A stretch of 64,000 nucleotides of DNA from an uncultured Myxococcales bacterium. GTDB taxonomy: Bacteria > Myxococcota_A > UBA9042. Below are positions 1 through 10,090 of this stretch, one piece after another (within the stretch, counting starts at the first letter, position 1; every line of letters starts with the position of its first letter). The notes beneath the pieces were generated by a model that ran no database searches, was not told the origin of the DNA, and saw only the letters and a program-made list of their open reading frames with translations. Both the position numbers and the translations under genes were made by a program. Where the stretch lies: contig CAIXGW010000063.1 of the NCBI GenBank assembly GCA_903919145.1, positions 8,253 to 72,252 on the forward strand, given 5' to 3'.

Positions 1-1531
1 GCTGGCCGTGGCGCAAGCGGTCGGCGCCGTCAAAGCCCCAGCGCATCGCCGAGTCCTCTATCATCTCTCTCAGGACGCCCAGATCCTCAGACTCTAGGCC
101 AAAACGCTGCCGCACCGGGGCCAGCTGCAGCAGGTCGACCAGCCGCGGCGCCGTGGCCCGCTCGCCCGCCAGCGCCACCGCCGCGACCAACGCTTCTGCC
201 ACAGGGTTGGCAGCGGTGATGCCCATGTCGGCGATTTCAACGGGTAGCGGCGGAGTTCTTGCAGGTTGACCCGGCCCGGCACCGGCGGACGGCGGCTCCG
301 CCCGGGCAAACACCGCAGACACCAGCGGCGCAAAGGTCGCCACGTCTGGGGTCATGACCAGGATGTCGCGCGGCATCAGCTGCGGGTGGCGCACCATCAG
401 CCGCAGCAGCTGATCGCGCAGCACCTCGACCTGGCGCAAGGGCCCGTGGGTGCTGTGAAATTGCAGGCTCTCATCGCTGGGCCACGGCGCCTGCTCGGGC
501 GAGCGCGGGGCTCCGGCCTGCACCACCCACTGCTGGAGCTGTTGCAGCAGGGTCCCGGGCTGTGCATCGGCCGGCTGCGGGGCGGGCGTGTCTGGGTCGG
601 TGTAGCCAAATTCCTCCAGTCTGGCCTGCAAGAACTGGCTGGGCTGCCCCAGGCTGGCCAGCAGCGGATTCTGGTTGGCTAGGTCCTGCAGGGTCTGATC
701 GAGCTCCTCGTCTTGGCGGGCGTGGCGCAGCGCTTGGGCGGCCTGGCGGGGCCCGCGGACGTCTTGCCACCATTCCTGAGACGGCGCCAGCAGATACAAA
801 TGCACCGTCAGGTGCTTGGCGATGTGCTCCAGGCGCAGCAGCTCGCCCAGGCCCAGGGTAGACAGGCCAAATACGTGCAGCTGGCGCCCGGTGTCCAGGC
901 CGCCGCGGCGGTTCAATTCGCTCAGCAGCTCCAGCCGCGCCGCTGGGTCCTCTGCCTGCAGGTCCCGTCGCAGGTGCTGGAGCAAATCGGCCAGCCAAGC
1001 GTGCTCTGGCGGGGCGCTGGCCGGCCAGGTCGCAGTCTCTAGCGGCCGCTCGTGCAGCAGCCGGTCCAGGGTATCGGCGACTTGGCGGGCAAACTGGTAT
1101 TCCCTAGCCATGACGGGGGCATGGGGGTCCGCCGCCTGGCCGTAGCCCAAGTAGCGCGTCACCGCTTGGTAGGCTTCAGCGCCGGCCTGGGCGCGCAGCA
1201 GCGGCACGACCTTGAGGGTCAGGGCGTCAGCCTGCCAAGGATCAGCCACCGCTGCCTGGGTCTGCCAGAACGGCGCGCGCGGGGGCCGCTGCGGGTCCAG
1301 CAGCCAGCTGATCGCCCCCTCTAATGCCTGACGCGGAAAGGGAAAAGCCAGCCCGGCGGCAATGCCCAGCTGCTCGGCCAGGCGGTGCTTGAGCCAGCGC
1401 TCCATGCCGCGGCTGCCCACCACAATCGGCACCGCCTCAAACGGGTCGGCCGGCCAATGGGCTTGCAGCTGCGCGGCCAGAACCTGCAGCAGGTCTTCGG
1501 TGCGGGGGGATCGGTGCAGGACCAGCGCCAC
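1..1531 (-). CDS. recC: Exodeoxyribonuclease V gamma subunit (RecC), 5' part; runs off the left edge
   Basis: Not in the ORF track because there is no stop inside the window. GTG at 1531 has AAGGAGG upstream. Translation reads MALVLHRSPRTEDLL..DPFEAVPIVVGSRGMERWLKHRLAEQLGIAAGLAFPFP and later ILVMTPDVATFAPLV and MRWGFD, all RecC-like. Confidence 0.88.
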   Translation of the reverse strand, partial: MALVLHRSPRTEDLLQVLAAQLQAHWPADPFEAVPIVVGSRGMERWLKHRLAEQLGIAAGLAFPFPRQALEGAISWLLDPQRPPRAPFWQTQAAVADPWQADALTLKVVPLLRAQAGAEAYQAVTRYLGYGQAADPHAPVMAREYQFARQVADTLDRLLHERPLETATWPASAPPEHAWLADLLQHLRRDLQAEDPAARLELLSELNRRGGLDTGRQLHVFGLSTLGLGELLRLEHIAKHLTVHLYLLAPSQEWWQDVRGPRQAAQALRHARQDEELDQTLQDLANQNPLLASLGQPSQFLQARLEEFGYTDPDTPAPQPADAQPGTLLQQLQQWVVQAGAPRSPEQAPWPSDESLQFHSTHGPLRQVEVLRDQLLRLMVRHPQLMPRDILVMTPDVATFAPLVSAVFARAEPPSAGAGPGQPARTPPLPVEIADMGITAANPVAEALVAAVALAGERATAPRLVDLLQLAPVRQRFGLESEDLGVLREMIEDSAMRWGFDGADRLRHGQ

Positions 1532-1636
1532 GGCAGCCTCCTTGAGAGGCCCGAGGATAGGGGCTGGGATCGGCAGCGGCAAGGTCGGCGGTGGGCGGCG
1601 GTGGTGGTATGCGACAACGGCTGTCGCGTGGCGACC

Positions 1637-2881
1637 TCAAGGCTTGCCGCAGTCTTCCGGGCAGTTGCACGGATTCTCTTTGCCGTCGCATTTGCCGTCG
1701 CCGCACGCCAGGCAGACCTTGCACATGCACTTGAGCGGCTGGCAGGTCTTGCCGTCCCAGCCGACCTCGTCGCGCGCGACGGTGCCGGGGCAGCATTGGC
1801 CGATTTCTCCAGGCTCTGTCCACCCTTCTCCTGCCTTCTTGCACAGCTTGATGGCGACGCACTTCTTCCACGGCTCGGGGTCGCACTTCCACTGGCCGGT
1901 GGCGCAGTTGGCCCAGGTAATAAGGCCAGTGCAGTCGGAGTACCAGCCCTCTGACTTGGAGCCGATCTTGTCGCAATTGGCGTTGCAGCCCATGCACTTG
2001 CCAAGCTTGATCATGGCTTTGGAGCACGAGTCCACCCAGCCTTCTTGGCCGGCGCTGTCGTACCCACAGGTCGGCTGGCAGGGGCCGTTAGAGGGGGCGC
2101 ACTGGCAGAACTGCGGCGTTTCGCCGGCTTTGCAGGTGTAGCTTGCCTCTGCGCCGGCTTTGCAGCTGGTGGTCTTGCAGGTCGCTGCGCCGCTGCAGTC
2201 CCAGTTGGCGTCGCAGGAATCCTGCCACAATTCGCCGCCGGTGCAGCCATCTAGCCAGGCCTGTGGGCTGCTCCAGCCGGGTGAACACGCCAGCGCACAT
2301 CCTTTGCAGGCGGCGGGCTTCTTGGCGCCGGTGCAGGGGTTAAGCCAGGCGGTCGATCCGTCGGCGGCGGTTTGGCAAATTGGCTGGCACGGCGGGGCTT
2401 TGCAGGTGCACATCGGCGCAGTGGAGCCGTCTGGGCACGGCATGTCTAGCTTCTGGCCGGGGATGCAGGTTTGGGGGCAGCCGTACTCAGGATGGTCCAT
2501 GCATTCCAGGCCTTTGGCGGTGCAGAGACACCACGGAAAGGCCATTGCGTTGGTCGGGCAGCCGAAGAACTTGGCGGCGGCGGCATCACAACTGGCTGTG
2601 TCAGCTGCAGTATCGGCTGCAGTGTCGACGTCGGTGTCGACGTCGGTGTCGATGGCGGTATCGGCTGCTACCTCAGGTGCGACGTCGGCGAGGGTGTCGG
2701 CGGCGACGTCGCTCGTGGCATCGACGGCAGTGTCGGCCCCGGCGTCGGCGTCGGTCGCGGCATCAGCAGCACTATCGCCCGCCACATCAGCTACGGCGAC
2801 GGTCGCAGGCGGCACAGTTTCAGGGCCGCAGGCCGCGACCAGGCCCACTCCTACCAGGCAGATCCACTGCAGTATTCGCAT
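1637..2881 (-). CDS. Cys-rich secreted lipoprotein with Asp/Ala/Thr linker
   Basis: Lipobox in MRILQWICLVGVGLVAAC, a low-complexity D/A/T linker, then many Cys-rich modules. Confidence 0.75.
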   Translation of the reverse strand: MRILQWICLVGVGLVAACGPETVPPATVAVADVAGDSAADAATDADAGADTAVDATSDVAADTLADVAPEVAADTAIDTDVDTDVDTAADTAADTASCDAAAAKFFGCPTNAMAFPWCLCTAKGLECMDHPEYGCPQTCIPGQKLDMPCPDGSTAPMCTCKAPPCQPICQTAADGSTAWLNPCTGAKKPAACKGCALACSPGWSSPQAWLDGCTGGELWQDSCDANWDCSGAATCKTTSCKAGAEASYTCKAGETPQFCQCAPSNGPCQPTCGYDSAGQEGWVDSCSKAMIKLGKCMGCNANCDKIGSKSEGWYSDCTGLITWANCATGQWKCDPEPWKKCVAIKLCKKAGEGWTEPGEIGQCCPGTVARDEVGWDGKTCQPLKCMCKVCLACGDGKCDGKENPCNCPEDCGKP

Positions 2882-2900
2882 CTTGCCCTCTTTGCCGCCT

Positions 2901-5639
2901 TCAAGACTGCGGCACGCGATCGATCTGGCCAAACCAGCCCTTGCGCTCCATCCACTTGGCCAGCTCCAGGACGGGGATGACCGAGGCGGCGGCGGCGGTG
3001 GTGGCGACCCACTCCAGCGGTGTCAGGTCGCTCAGGCCAAACACCTCCTGCAGGGCGGGAATATGCAACAACGCCATCATCAAAACCAATTCCCAGCCCA
3101 CCGCCAGGTTGAGCCAGCGGTTGGCAAAGGGCCTGACAAAAGTAGACAGCCGGTCAGAGCGGAACGAATAAGCCTTGAAGAACTGCACCAGCACCAGCGA
3201 GAGAAAAGCCATGGTCATGGCATGTTGCAGACCGTGGCCGCGGCTGAGGGCCCAGTAGAACAGGCCCAGGTTGACCAGCGTGGACCACAGGCCGCCGGTC
3301 AGCATCAGCGTGACCACCGGCCGGGTAAAGATGCCTTGCTTGGGATCGCGCGGCGGCCGCTGCATCAGGTCGGGCTCGGGCGGATCCAGGGCCAGGGCCA
3401 GCGCCGGCAGGCCATCGGTGGCCAGGTTGACATATAACAACTGGACAGCTGACAAAGGCAACGGCCAGCCGAGCAGGCTCGCCACCGTCATCAGCCCCAT
3501 CTCGCCAATGTTGGAAGACAGCAGATACATCAGGTATTTCTTGATATTGCCATAGATCGCTCGGCCTTCCTCCACCGCCGCCACGATCGACGCAAAGTTG
3601 TCATCGGTCAGGGTCATCGCCGCGGCTTCTTTGGAGACGTCGGTGCCGGTGATGCCCATGGCGATGCCGATGTCGGCTTTCTTGAGCGCTGGCGCATCGT
3701 TGACGCCGTCGCCGGTCATCGCCACCACCGCGCCGCGCTGCTGCAGGGCCTGCACCACCCGCAGCTTGTCGGCCGGCGAGACGCGGGCAAAGACCTCAAT
3801 GGTATGAACTTTTTCTGCCAGCTCCTGGTCGCTCAGCGCCGCCAGCTCTGGGCCGGCCATCACCTCGCCTTGGCGCAGCAGGCCCAGCTCGCGCGCCACG
3901 GCTTGCGCAGTCAGGGGATGGTCGCCGGTGATCATCACCACCCGCACCCCCGCTTCGTGGCACAGGGCAATCGCCGCCTTGGCCTCGGCGCGCGGCGGGT
4001 CGAGCATGCCCACCAGGCCCAGCAACGTCAGGTCGCAGTGGATGTTGTCGCGGGTGGCCTGCTCTCTGCGCACGATCGCCAGAACCCGCAGCGCCTGCAA
4101 GGCCATCTGCTTGGCACCGCTCAGGATGCGCTGGCGGTCGTGGTCGGTAAGCGGCAGCAGCTGCCCGTCGACGCCCAGGGCCTGGGTACACTGCGGCAGC
4201 AGCATCTCTGGCGCGCCCTTGATGCAGGCAAAGCGCCCGGCTGGCCCGTCGTGAAAGGTGGTCATCCGCTTGGATTCAGAGGTGAAGGGGATCTCATCGA
4301 CCCGCGGCGAATCCTGATGAACCTTGGCCTTTTCGATTCCCGCCTTGCCCGCCGCGACCAGCAGAGCGCCTTCGGTCGGATCGCCGTGCAGCTGATCCTG
4401 GCCACCGGCCTCGCCAGGCTCAAAGCGCGCATCAGAGGCCAGCACCGCCGCCGTCAGCAGCGCCTCCAGCTGCTCACTGGCCACTACGGCTTGGCCATCC
4501 AAAAGGAATTCGCCCTCTGCGCCATAGCCGGCGCCGGTCACTTGCAGCTCGGTGCCGTGCATCAGGATCGCCCGCACCGTCATCTCATCGCGGGTCAGCG
4601 TGCCGGTCTTGTCAGAACAAATCACCGAGGTGCTGCCCAGGGTTTCCGCCGCCGCCAGGCGCCGCACCAGCGCGTTGCGCTTGACCAGCCGCTGTACGCC
4701 AATCGCCAGCGAGATCGTCACCACCGCCGGCAGCGCCTCAGGCACCACCGCCACCGCCAGGGCAATGCCAAAGATCAGCAGCTCGGTCAGCGGCTGGCCG
4801 CGCCACAGCCCCAGCAGCACGATGCCGGCCACCAGCACCAGGGCAGCGCGCACCAGCTGCTTGCCCACCCGGTCCAGGCTGGTCTGCAGCGGCGTCTGGT
4901 TCTGCACCACTTCGCCAAGCATCCCTGCAATCTTGCCAAGCTCTGTGTCCAGCCCGGTCGCCGATACCACCGCCCGGCCGCGGCCATAGGTCACCGCCGT
5001 GGCGGCGTGCACCATGTTGCGGCGGTCGCCCAGGGGCAGCCCAGAGCCCAGCGGTTGACTGTGCTTCTCTGCCGGCACCGACTCGCCGGTCAGCGCCGCC
5101 TCTTCGGCTTGCAGATTGACCGACTCCAGCAGCCGGCAGTCCGCGGGCACCCGATCGCCAGCGGCCAGCAGCACCACGTCGCCGGGCACCAGCTCGCGGG
5201 CGGGCAGGCGCATTTCGCGGCCGTCGCGCAGCACCGTCGCCAGGGGGGCCGCCATCTCGCGCAGCGACTCAAGAGAGCGCTCTGCTCTAAATTCCTGAAT
5301 GAACCCAAGGATTACTGCGAATACGATGATCGCCGTGATCGCCACCGCTTCGGCCGTGTGCCCCAGGGCGATCGACAGGGCCACCGCCACCATCAGCACG
5401 ATCAGCAACACGTTCTTGAACTGGGCCGCCAGCACCGCCCAGGCCGAAACCCGCTGGGCCGTGGCGAGCTCGTTCCAGCCGTAGCGAAGGCGGCGCTGTT
5501 CCACCTCGGCGGTCGTCAGGCCCTCAGGGCGCGACTGCAATTGCTGCAAGGCAGCGTCTACCGACAGAGAGTGGGGCGGCAGGAGCGGAGGCAGCTCGGG
5601 ACCAGCCGGGGCTCTTGCAGCAACAGGTTGAGAGGCCAC
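2901..5639 (-). CDS. Cation-transporting P-type ATPase, type II (Ca2+-like)
   Basis: Motifs TGES, VPEALP, DKTGTLT, KGAPE, TGD and TGDGVNDAPALKKADIG. Probable GTG start at 5639 with AAGGAG upstream. Confidence 0.95.
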   Translation of the reverse strand: MASQPVAARAPAGPELPPLLPPHSLSVDAALQQLQSRPEGLTTAEVEQRRLRYGWNELATAQRVSAWAVLAAQFKNVLLIVLMVAVALSIALGHTAEAVAITAIIVFAVILGFIQEFRAERSLESLREMAAPLATVLRDGREMRLPARELVPGDVVLLAAGDRVPADCRLLESVNLQAEEAALTGESVPAEKHSQPLGSGLPLGDRRNMVHAATAVTYGRGRAVVSATGLDTELGKIAGMLGEVVQNQTPLQTSLDRVGKQLVRAALVLVAGIVLLGLWRGQPLTELLIFGIALAVAVVPEALPAVVTISLAIGVQRLVKRNALVRRLAAAETLGSTSVICSDKTGTLTRDEMTVRAILMHGTELQVTGAGYGAEGEFLLDGQAVVASEQLEALLTAAVLASDARFEPGEAGGQDQLHGDPTEGALLVAAGKAGIEKAKVHQDSPRVDEIPFTSESKRMTTFHDGPAGRFACIKGAPEMLLPQCTQALGVDGQLLPLTDHDRQRILSGAKQMALQALRVLAIVRREQATRDNIHCDLTLLGLVGMLDPPRAEAKAAIALCHEAGVRVVMITGDHPLTAQAVARELGLLRQGEVMAGPELAALSDQELAEKVHTIEVFARVSPADKLRVVQALQQRGAVVAMTGDGVNDAPALKKADIGIAMGITGTDVSKEAAAMTLTDDNFASIVAAVEEGRAIYGNIKKYLMYLLSSNIGEMGLMTVASLLGWPLPLSAVQLLYVNLATDGLPALALALDPPEPDLMQRPPRDPKQGIFTRPVVTLMLTGGLWSTLVNLGLFYWALSRGHGLQHAMTMAFLSLVLVQFFKAYSFRSDRLSTFVRPFANRWLNLAVGWELVLMMALLHIPALQEVFGLSDLTPLEWVATTAAAASVIPVLELAKWMERKGWFGQIDRVPQS

Positions 5640-5717
5640 GGGATTCTCCTTGTGCAACACCAGCTAAGGCGGCTCCCTACGGGCAAGCTAGGCGGGCAGC
5701 AAGGCGCGGTCAATGGC

Positions 5718-5746
5718 TGGACAGCTGAACACATGTTCAGTATAGT
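5718..5746 (+). promoter_or_regulatory. Sigma70-type promoter (TGGACA-17 bp-TATAGT) with LexA/SOS-box-like palindrome CTGAACACATGTTCAG in the spacer
   Basis: -35 at 5718-5723, -10 at 5741-5746, palindrome at 5725-5740, directly upstream of imuA. It resembles the Myxococcus LexA motif CTRHAMRYBYGTTCAGS. Confidence 0.75.
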
Positions 5747-5752
5747 GACGGC

Positions 5753-6646
5753 ATGAGCGCTCTTGCCAACCTGAACAAGTCCCCACTGCCCCCACGGCCC
5801 ACGGCTCCGACTGGGCTGGACAGAACTGAGCTGGGCAGGAATGAGCTGGGCAGGAATGAGCTGGGTAGGAATGAGCCGGATAGGAAGGAGCAGGGCAGGA
5901 ATGAGCCGGAAATCCTGAGCCGCGAAAGCCGCTTGGATGACCTGCGCCACCGCCTCAAAGGGATGCCCGGTGGGCAGATGACCAGCGCCCAGGGCAGCAC
6001 TCAGGGCAGGGTGACCCTTGCAGAAGAGGGTATTTCTCCAGAGGAATTGGCCGGCCGCCTGATCGAGGTCAGCGATCCAGGGCAGGGGGCGGATCAGCTG
6101 GGGGCCTCGACCTCTTGGGCCGCCGCGCGGGTGGCAGAGGCCCATCGGCGGGGAGACACGGCCGCGTGGATCTTGTGCAGTGCAGACGATGCCAGGCGCG
6201 GCCAGCCCTATCCACCGGATCTGGCAGAGCAAGGCATTGACCTGGCCGCCCTGCCCATCGTGTGTGCCCGCGACGGCCCGGCGGTGCTGCATGCCGCGGA
6301 TGTGCTGCTGCGCTCAGGAGGTTTTGGCCTGGTCATTGCCGAGTGGCCCCACGGGGTAGATCGCCCCTCTGAGGGGGCGCTGGGGCGGCTGCTGGGCCTG
6401 TGCCAAAAGCACGACGCGGCGCTGCTGTGGCTGACCGACGGCAGCCAAACCGCCGAGGGCGGGCGGATGGGCTCCCTGATTTCGCTGCGCTTGGAGGCGG
6501 GGCGCCAGCCCTACCAGCCGGATCGCGGTGCAGACCGGCTGGGGCCTGGGCTGCTGCGCTTGAAGCTGACCGTCCGCAAAGACAAACGCCAGGGCCCCGG
6601 CCGCACCAGCCTGGAGCTGCGCCGCGCCCCCCTGGGGATCTGGTGA
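5753..6646 (+). CDS. imuA: ImuA-like (RecA-fold) mutasome accessory protein
   Basis: RecA-like segments YPPDLAEQGIDLAAL and AADVLLRSGGFGLVI, no intact Walker A, directly upstream of imuB. Confidence 0.85.
   Translation: MSALANLNKSPLPPRPTAPTGLDRTELGRNELGRNELGRNEPDRKEQGRNEPEILSRESRLDDLRHRLKGMPGGQMTSAQGSTQGRVTLAEEGISPEELAGRLIEVSDPGQGADQLGASTSWAAARVAEAHRRGDTAAWILCSADDARRGQPYPPDLAEQGIDLAALPIVCARDGPAVLHAADVLLRSGGFGLVIAEWPHGVDRPSEGALGRLLGLCQKHDAALLWLTDGSQTAEGGRMGSLISLRLEAGRQPYQPDRGADRLGPGLLRLKLTVRKDKRQGPGRTSLELRRAPLGIW
5813..5917 (+). repeat. 15-bp in-frame tandem repeat (GAGCTGGGCAGGAAT, about 7 degenerate units; ELGRN)
   Basis: Units start at 5813, 5828, 5843, 5858, 5873, 5888 and 5903 in the imuA 5' region. 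Confidence 0.85.
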
Positions 6647-8313
6647 ATTCTACAGAACAAAGCCCTCTCCCTGGCCCAGCTCCAGGGCTGGCATGCGCCT
6701 ATCTGCCTCACTTTGCCCTGCAATTGCTGGGGCGCCGCGACCCGGCCTGCCTGCAGCACCCCGCGGTGGTGGTGAGCGAGGATCGTCCGCAAGGGCTGGT
6801 GCGCGAAGCCAATCGCCTGGCCCAAGCCGCGCGGATCCTGCCGGGGATGCGCTATGCCGCGGCGCTGGCCCTGTGCGCCGACCTGCGCGCTGGCGTCATC
6901 GAAGAAGAGCAAGAGCTTGCCGCCGCTGGCGAATTGGTCGAGCGGTTGCGCCGCCTGTCGCCGCGGATCGAGCCAAGCTCAGAAGAGCCCGGCGTCTTCT
7001 GGCTCGACACTTCTGGCCTAAGCGGGCTGTGGCCAGACCTGCAGCGCTGGGCCGAAGCCGTGCGCGACGAGCTGGCGGTGGCTGGCCTGGTCGGCGCGGT
7101 GGCCATAGGCTGGTCGCGCTTTGCCGTCTATGCGATAGCCCGCCAGCTGCGCGGGGTGTTGCTGCTGGCTGATCCTCAAGAAGAAGCCCAGCGGCTGGCC
7201 CAGGTGCGGCTGGCGGCGCTAGGTGCAGCACTGGGTCTGCCCCCAGGCCTGCGCGACACCCTGGCGCTGCTGGGCATCCACACCCTGGGCCAGTTCTTGC
7301 GCCTGCCGCCTGAAGATTTGCGAGAGCGCTACGGCAAACCTGCCTGGCTGCTGCACTGCCGCGCCCGCGACCAGCTGACCGAGCCGCTGCGCCCCGACCT
7401 GCCAGCGCCGCCGCTGCAGCTGCACCGCGACGTGGAGCCCCCCGACGACCAGCGCGATCGCCTGCTGTTTATCGCCAAAGGGCTGCTGGTAGAGCTGCTG
7501 AAAACCGCAGCAGCGCAGCACAATTCCGTTGCCGTGCTGCACCTGCGGCTAGAGCTGGAGCGGCCATGGCGCAACCGCCAGCGCGACAGCTCCGCCCCGG
7601 CGCCCCGCCGCGACAGCGCTACGCCGCCTGGGCTGCCTGACGCTCAACTTATCAATACACAAGTACAAACTGCCGAGCCCAGCCTCTATGAGCCCCAGTG
7701 GATCGACCTGCTGCGGCTGCGCCTGGACGCCCTGGTGTTGCCGGCGCGGGTAGAGCGCTTGGGCCTGCGGGCCCAAGTGGTGCCGGCCACCGCCCATCAG
7801 CTGCGGCTGTGGCAATTGCTGGCCGAAGCGGGGGGGCTGGCGCGCCGCGACCTGCTGGCGGCCACAGAGGCTTTGACCAAGCTTGGCGCGGCCTTGGGCG
7901 ACCACGCCGTGCTGCGCGCTGAGCCGCGGCCGGCCCATCTGCCAGAAGCGCGCTTTCGCTGGCTGCCCTGGCAGGGCCCTCTGCCGGCGGCGCGGGTGCC
8001 CCAGCCCCAGGATCAGCTGCCAACTCAACACTCTGCCCAGCTATTGCCGCCGCGCCCGCTGATGCGCCGCTGGTTCAGCAAGCCGCAGCCGCTGCCCTCG
8101 CGGCCCAAGCACGAGCCCGACGGCTGGCTGCTCGCCGACTGGCGGCAGGGGGCCGTTGCCAAGCTGTGGGGACCGTTCAAGCTTTCTGGAGGTTGGTGGA
8201 CCCGCGAGGTGCGCCGCGACTACTGGTACGTCTTGACCGAGCGCGGCGACCTGCTGTGGGTCTTTTACGACCACGTGCGCAAGCTATGGTTTCTGCAAGG
8301 CATTGTCAGCTAG
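6643..8313 (+). CDS. imuB: ImuB, catalytically inactive Y-family polymerase homologue
   Basis: GTGA overlap with the imuA stop. Y-family-like N-terminus (ANRLAQAARILPGM, LSPRIE) lacks the catalytic acidic residues. C-terminus GPFKLSGGWW..RRDYWYV..LLWVFYD..WFLQG is ImuB-like. Confidence 0.88.
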   Translation: MNSTEQSPLPGPAPGLACAYLPHFALQLLGRRDPACLQHPAVVVSEDRPQGLVREANRLAQAARILPGMRYAAALALCADLRAGVIEEEQELAAAGELVERLRRLSPRIEPSSEEPGVFWLDTSGLSGLWPDLQRWAEAVRDELAVAGLVGAVAIGWSRFAVYAIARQLRGVLLLADPQEEAQRLAQVRLAALGAALGLPPGLRDTLALLGIHTLGQFLRLPPEDLRERYGKPAWLLHCRARDQLTEPLRPDLPAPPLQLHRDVEPPDDQRDRLLFIAKGLLVELLKTAAAQHNSVAVLHLRLELERPWRNRQRDSSAPAPRRDSATPPGLPDAQLINTQVQTAEPSLYEPQWIDLLRLRLDALVLPARVERLGLRAQVVPATAHQLRLWQLLAEAGGLARRDLLAATEALTKLGAALGDHAVLRAEPRPAHLPEARFRWLPWQGPLPAARVPQPQDQLPTQHSAQLLPPRPLMRRWFSKPQPLPSRPKHEPDGWLLADWRQGAVAKLWGPFKLSGGWWTREVRRDYWYVLTERGDLLWVFYDHVRKLWFLQGIVS

Positions 8314-8429
8314 AGGCGCGTTCCATCCACGGGTTCTCCAGGCCATTCAACCCTGGAAATCGCCGCGGCAAGTCGCTGGAGGCAGTCGCTTGCGCCCCAC
8401 AGCACAGCAAGACGCCTTGCCCGGCAGGA

Positions 8430-8993
8430 CTACTTCTTGACTTCGCCTTTCTTGTCATCGCAGTCGCCGCCGCAGTCACCGGGGCAGTCGGGCTTGGCCG
8501 GTGGCGCCTTGCTGGCGTACTTTTCGGGCTCGGCGTCAAACTTCTTCTTGCAGCCGGGGCAGCAGAAAGCATAGGTCTTGCCCGTGTACTCGGACTTGGG
8601 CGACTCAGCCGTGGCCACAAACTTCTCGCCGCTGATGACACAGGTCACTTCGCCAGCCGCCGCAGCTGGTGCCGCAGCCGGAGCCGCCGGAGCCGCAGCT
8701 GGTGCCGCAGCGGCCGCCTTCATGTACTTGGCCGGATCGGCGTCAAACTTGCCCTTGCAGCCGGGGCAGCAGAAGTAGACCTTCTTGCCCTCGTACACAG
8801 AGAACTGCGAGTCCTTGGTTGGCTTGAACTTTTCGCCCATTACCGGGCAGGTGGCTTCTTCGGGAAGGGGCTCGCCCGCAACAGCCGGAGCTTCTTCTGC
8901 CTTGGTCTGAGCGCCACCGCAGCCCGTCGCAACGGCCGCCACCAACATCACCTGGGCGAACAACAGCGCCCCCGCCTGGAAGAATCTGTGCAT
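8430..8993 (-). CDS. Lipoprotein with two YHS domains
   Basis: Lipobox ATGC. Two repeats of CPVMG/CVISG..Y(E/T)GK.Y.FCCPGCK.KFDA.P.KY. Confidence 0.85.
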   Translation of the reverse strand: MHRFFQAGALLFAQVMLVAAVATGCGGAQTKAEEAPAVAGEPLPEEATCPVMGEKFKPTKDSQFSVYEGKKVYFCCPGCKGKFDADPAKYMKAAAAAPAAAPAAPAAAPAAAAGEVTCVISGEKFVATAESPKSEYTGKTYAFCCPGCKKKFDAEPEKYASKAPPAKPDCPGDCGGDCDDKKGEVKK

Positions 8994-9121
8994 ACAAGGC
9001 TCCGGGCGGCGCAATTCAGTGGCCGCACGCCCCGAGCATAGAGCACAACCCAGCGGCAGCGAAACCCGCTCTTGCAAGGAGATTGTCACAGCTCAGCGCC
9101 GCAACCCCGGGACCGCAGCCA

Positions 9122-10090
9122 TCAGACAGTCGCAAAGTCCTGAAACAGCACGCTGGACAGGTAGCGCTCGCCAGCGTCCGGCAGCACCGTGACAATGCGC
9201 TTGCCCTTGTTCTCTGGACGCGCCGCGACCACCAGCGCCGCCGCCATGGCCGCACCGCAGCTGATGCCCACGGTGATGCCTTCTTCGCGGTGCAGGCGCC
9301 GCGCGGTCGCCACGGCGGAGTCATTGCTGACCGTCACCACTTCGTCAACCAGGTCCAGGTCCAAGACATCCGGCTTGAACCCGGCGCCGATCCCCTGGAT
9401 CTTGTGCGGCCCCGGCTTGGGCACCTGACCGGCCTTGATGGCCGTCAGCACCGGCGAATCGGCAGGCTCTACCGCGATGATCTGGACCTTCTTTCCCTTG
9501 CTGTTGAGGTAGCGCGCCACCCCGGTGATGGTGCCGCCGGTGCCCACGCCAGCTACAAAAATGTCGATCTCGCCATCGGTGTCGTTCCAGATCTCCGGGC
9601 CGGTGGTGCGAAAGTGGATGTCGGGGTTGGCCGGATTCTTGAACTGCTGCGGCAGGAAGTAGCGGCTGGGGTCCGAGGCGACAATCTCCTCGGCCTTGGC
9701 AATGGCCCCGGGCATGCCGCGCGGACCTTCGGTCAGCACCAGCTCCGCGCCAAACGCCAGCAGCATGCGCCGCCGCTCGATCGACATGGTCTCTGGCATG
9801 GTCAGGATCAGCGGGTAGCCGCGCGCCGCAGCCACATACGCCAGCGCAATGCCGGTGTTGCCGCTGGTCGGCTCGACGATGGTGACATCCCGCGAGCCGG
9901 GCTTGAGGAGGCCGTCGCGCTCGGCGGCCCAGATCATCGCCGCGCCAATCCGGCACTTGACCGAGTAGGCCGGGTTGCGCCCCTCAATCTTGGCCACAAT
10001 TTCCGCGCCCAAGCCTGCCGAAATGCGATTCAACCGCACCAGGGGGGTGTTGCCGATGCTCAAGCTGTTGTCATCAAAAATTCGCGCCAT
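9122..10090 (-). CDS. cysK: Cysteine synthase A
   Basis: Motifs [18 protein letters not shown] (PLP lysine), [15 protein letters not shown] and [10 protein letters not shown]. Confidence 0.97.
   Translation of the reverse strand: MARIFDDNSLSIGNTPLVRLNRISAGLGAEIVAKIEGRNPAYSVKCRIGAAMIWAAERDGLLKPGSRDVTIVEPTSGNTGIALAYVAAARGYPLILTMPETMSIERRRMLLAFGAELVLTEGPRGMPGAIAKAEEIVASDPSRYFLPQQFKNPANPDIHFRTTGPEIWNDTDGEIDIFVAGVGTGGTITGVARYLNSKGKKVQIIAVEPADSPVLTAIKAGQVPKPGPHKIQGIGAGFKPDVLDLDLVDEVVTVSNDSAVATARRLHREEGITVGISCGAAMAAALVVAARPENKGKRIVTVLPDAGERYLSSVLFQDFATV

Noticed and set aside
2160-3437. 425-aa plus-strand ORF
   Set aside because: Antisense to the Cys-rich lipoprotein and the ATPase, and its composition mirrors the opposite strand.
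3804-5756. 650-aa plus-strand ORF
   Set aside because: Antisense shadow of the P-type ATPase in high-GC DNA, with no recognisable motifs.
6400-6642. Longer imuB N-terminus given by the ORF track
   Set aside because: It lies inside imuA; the GTGA overlap at 6643 is the more plausible start.
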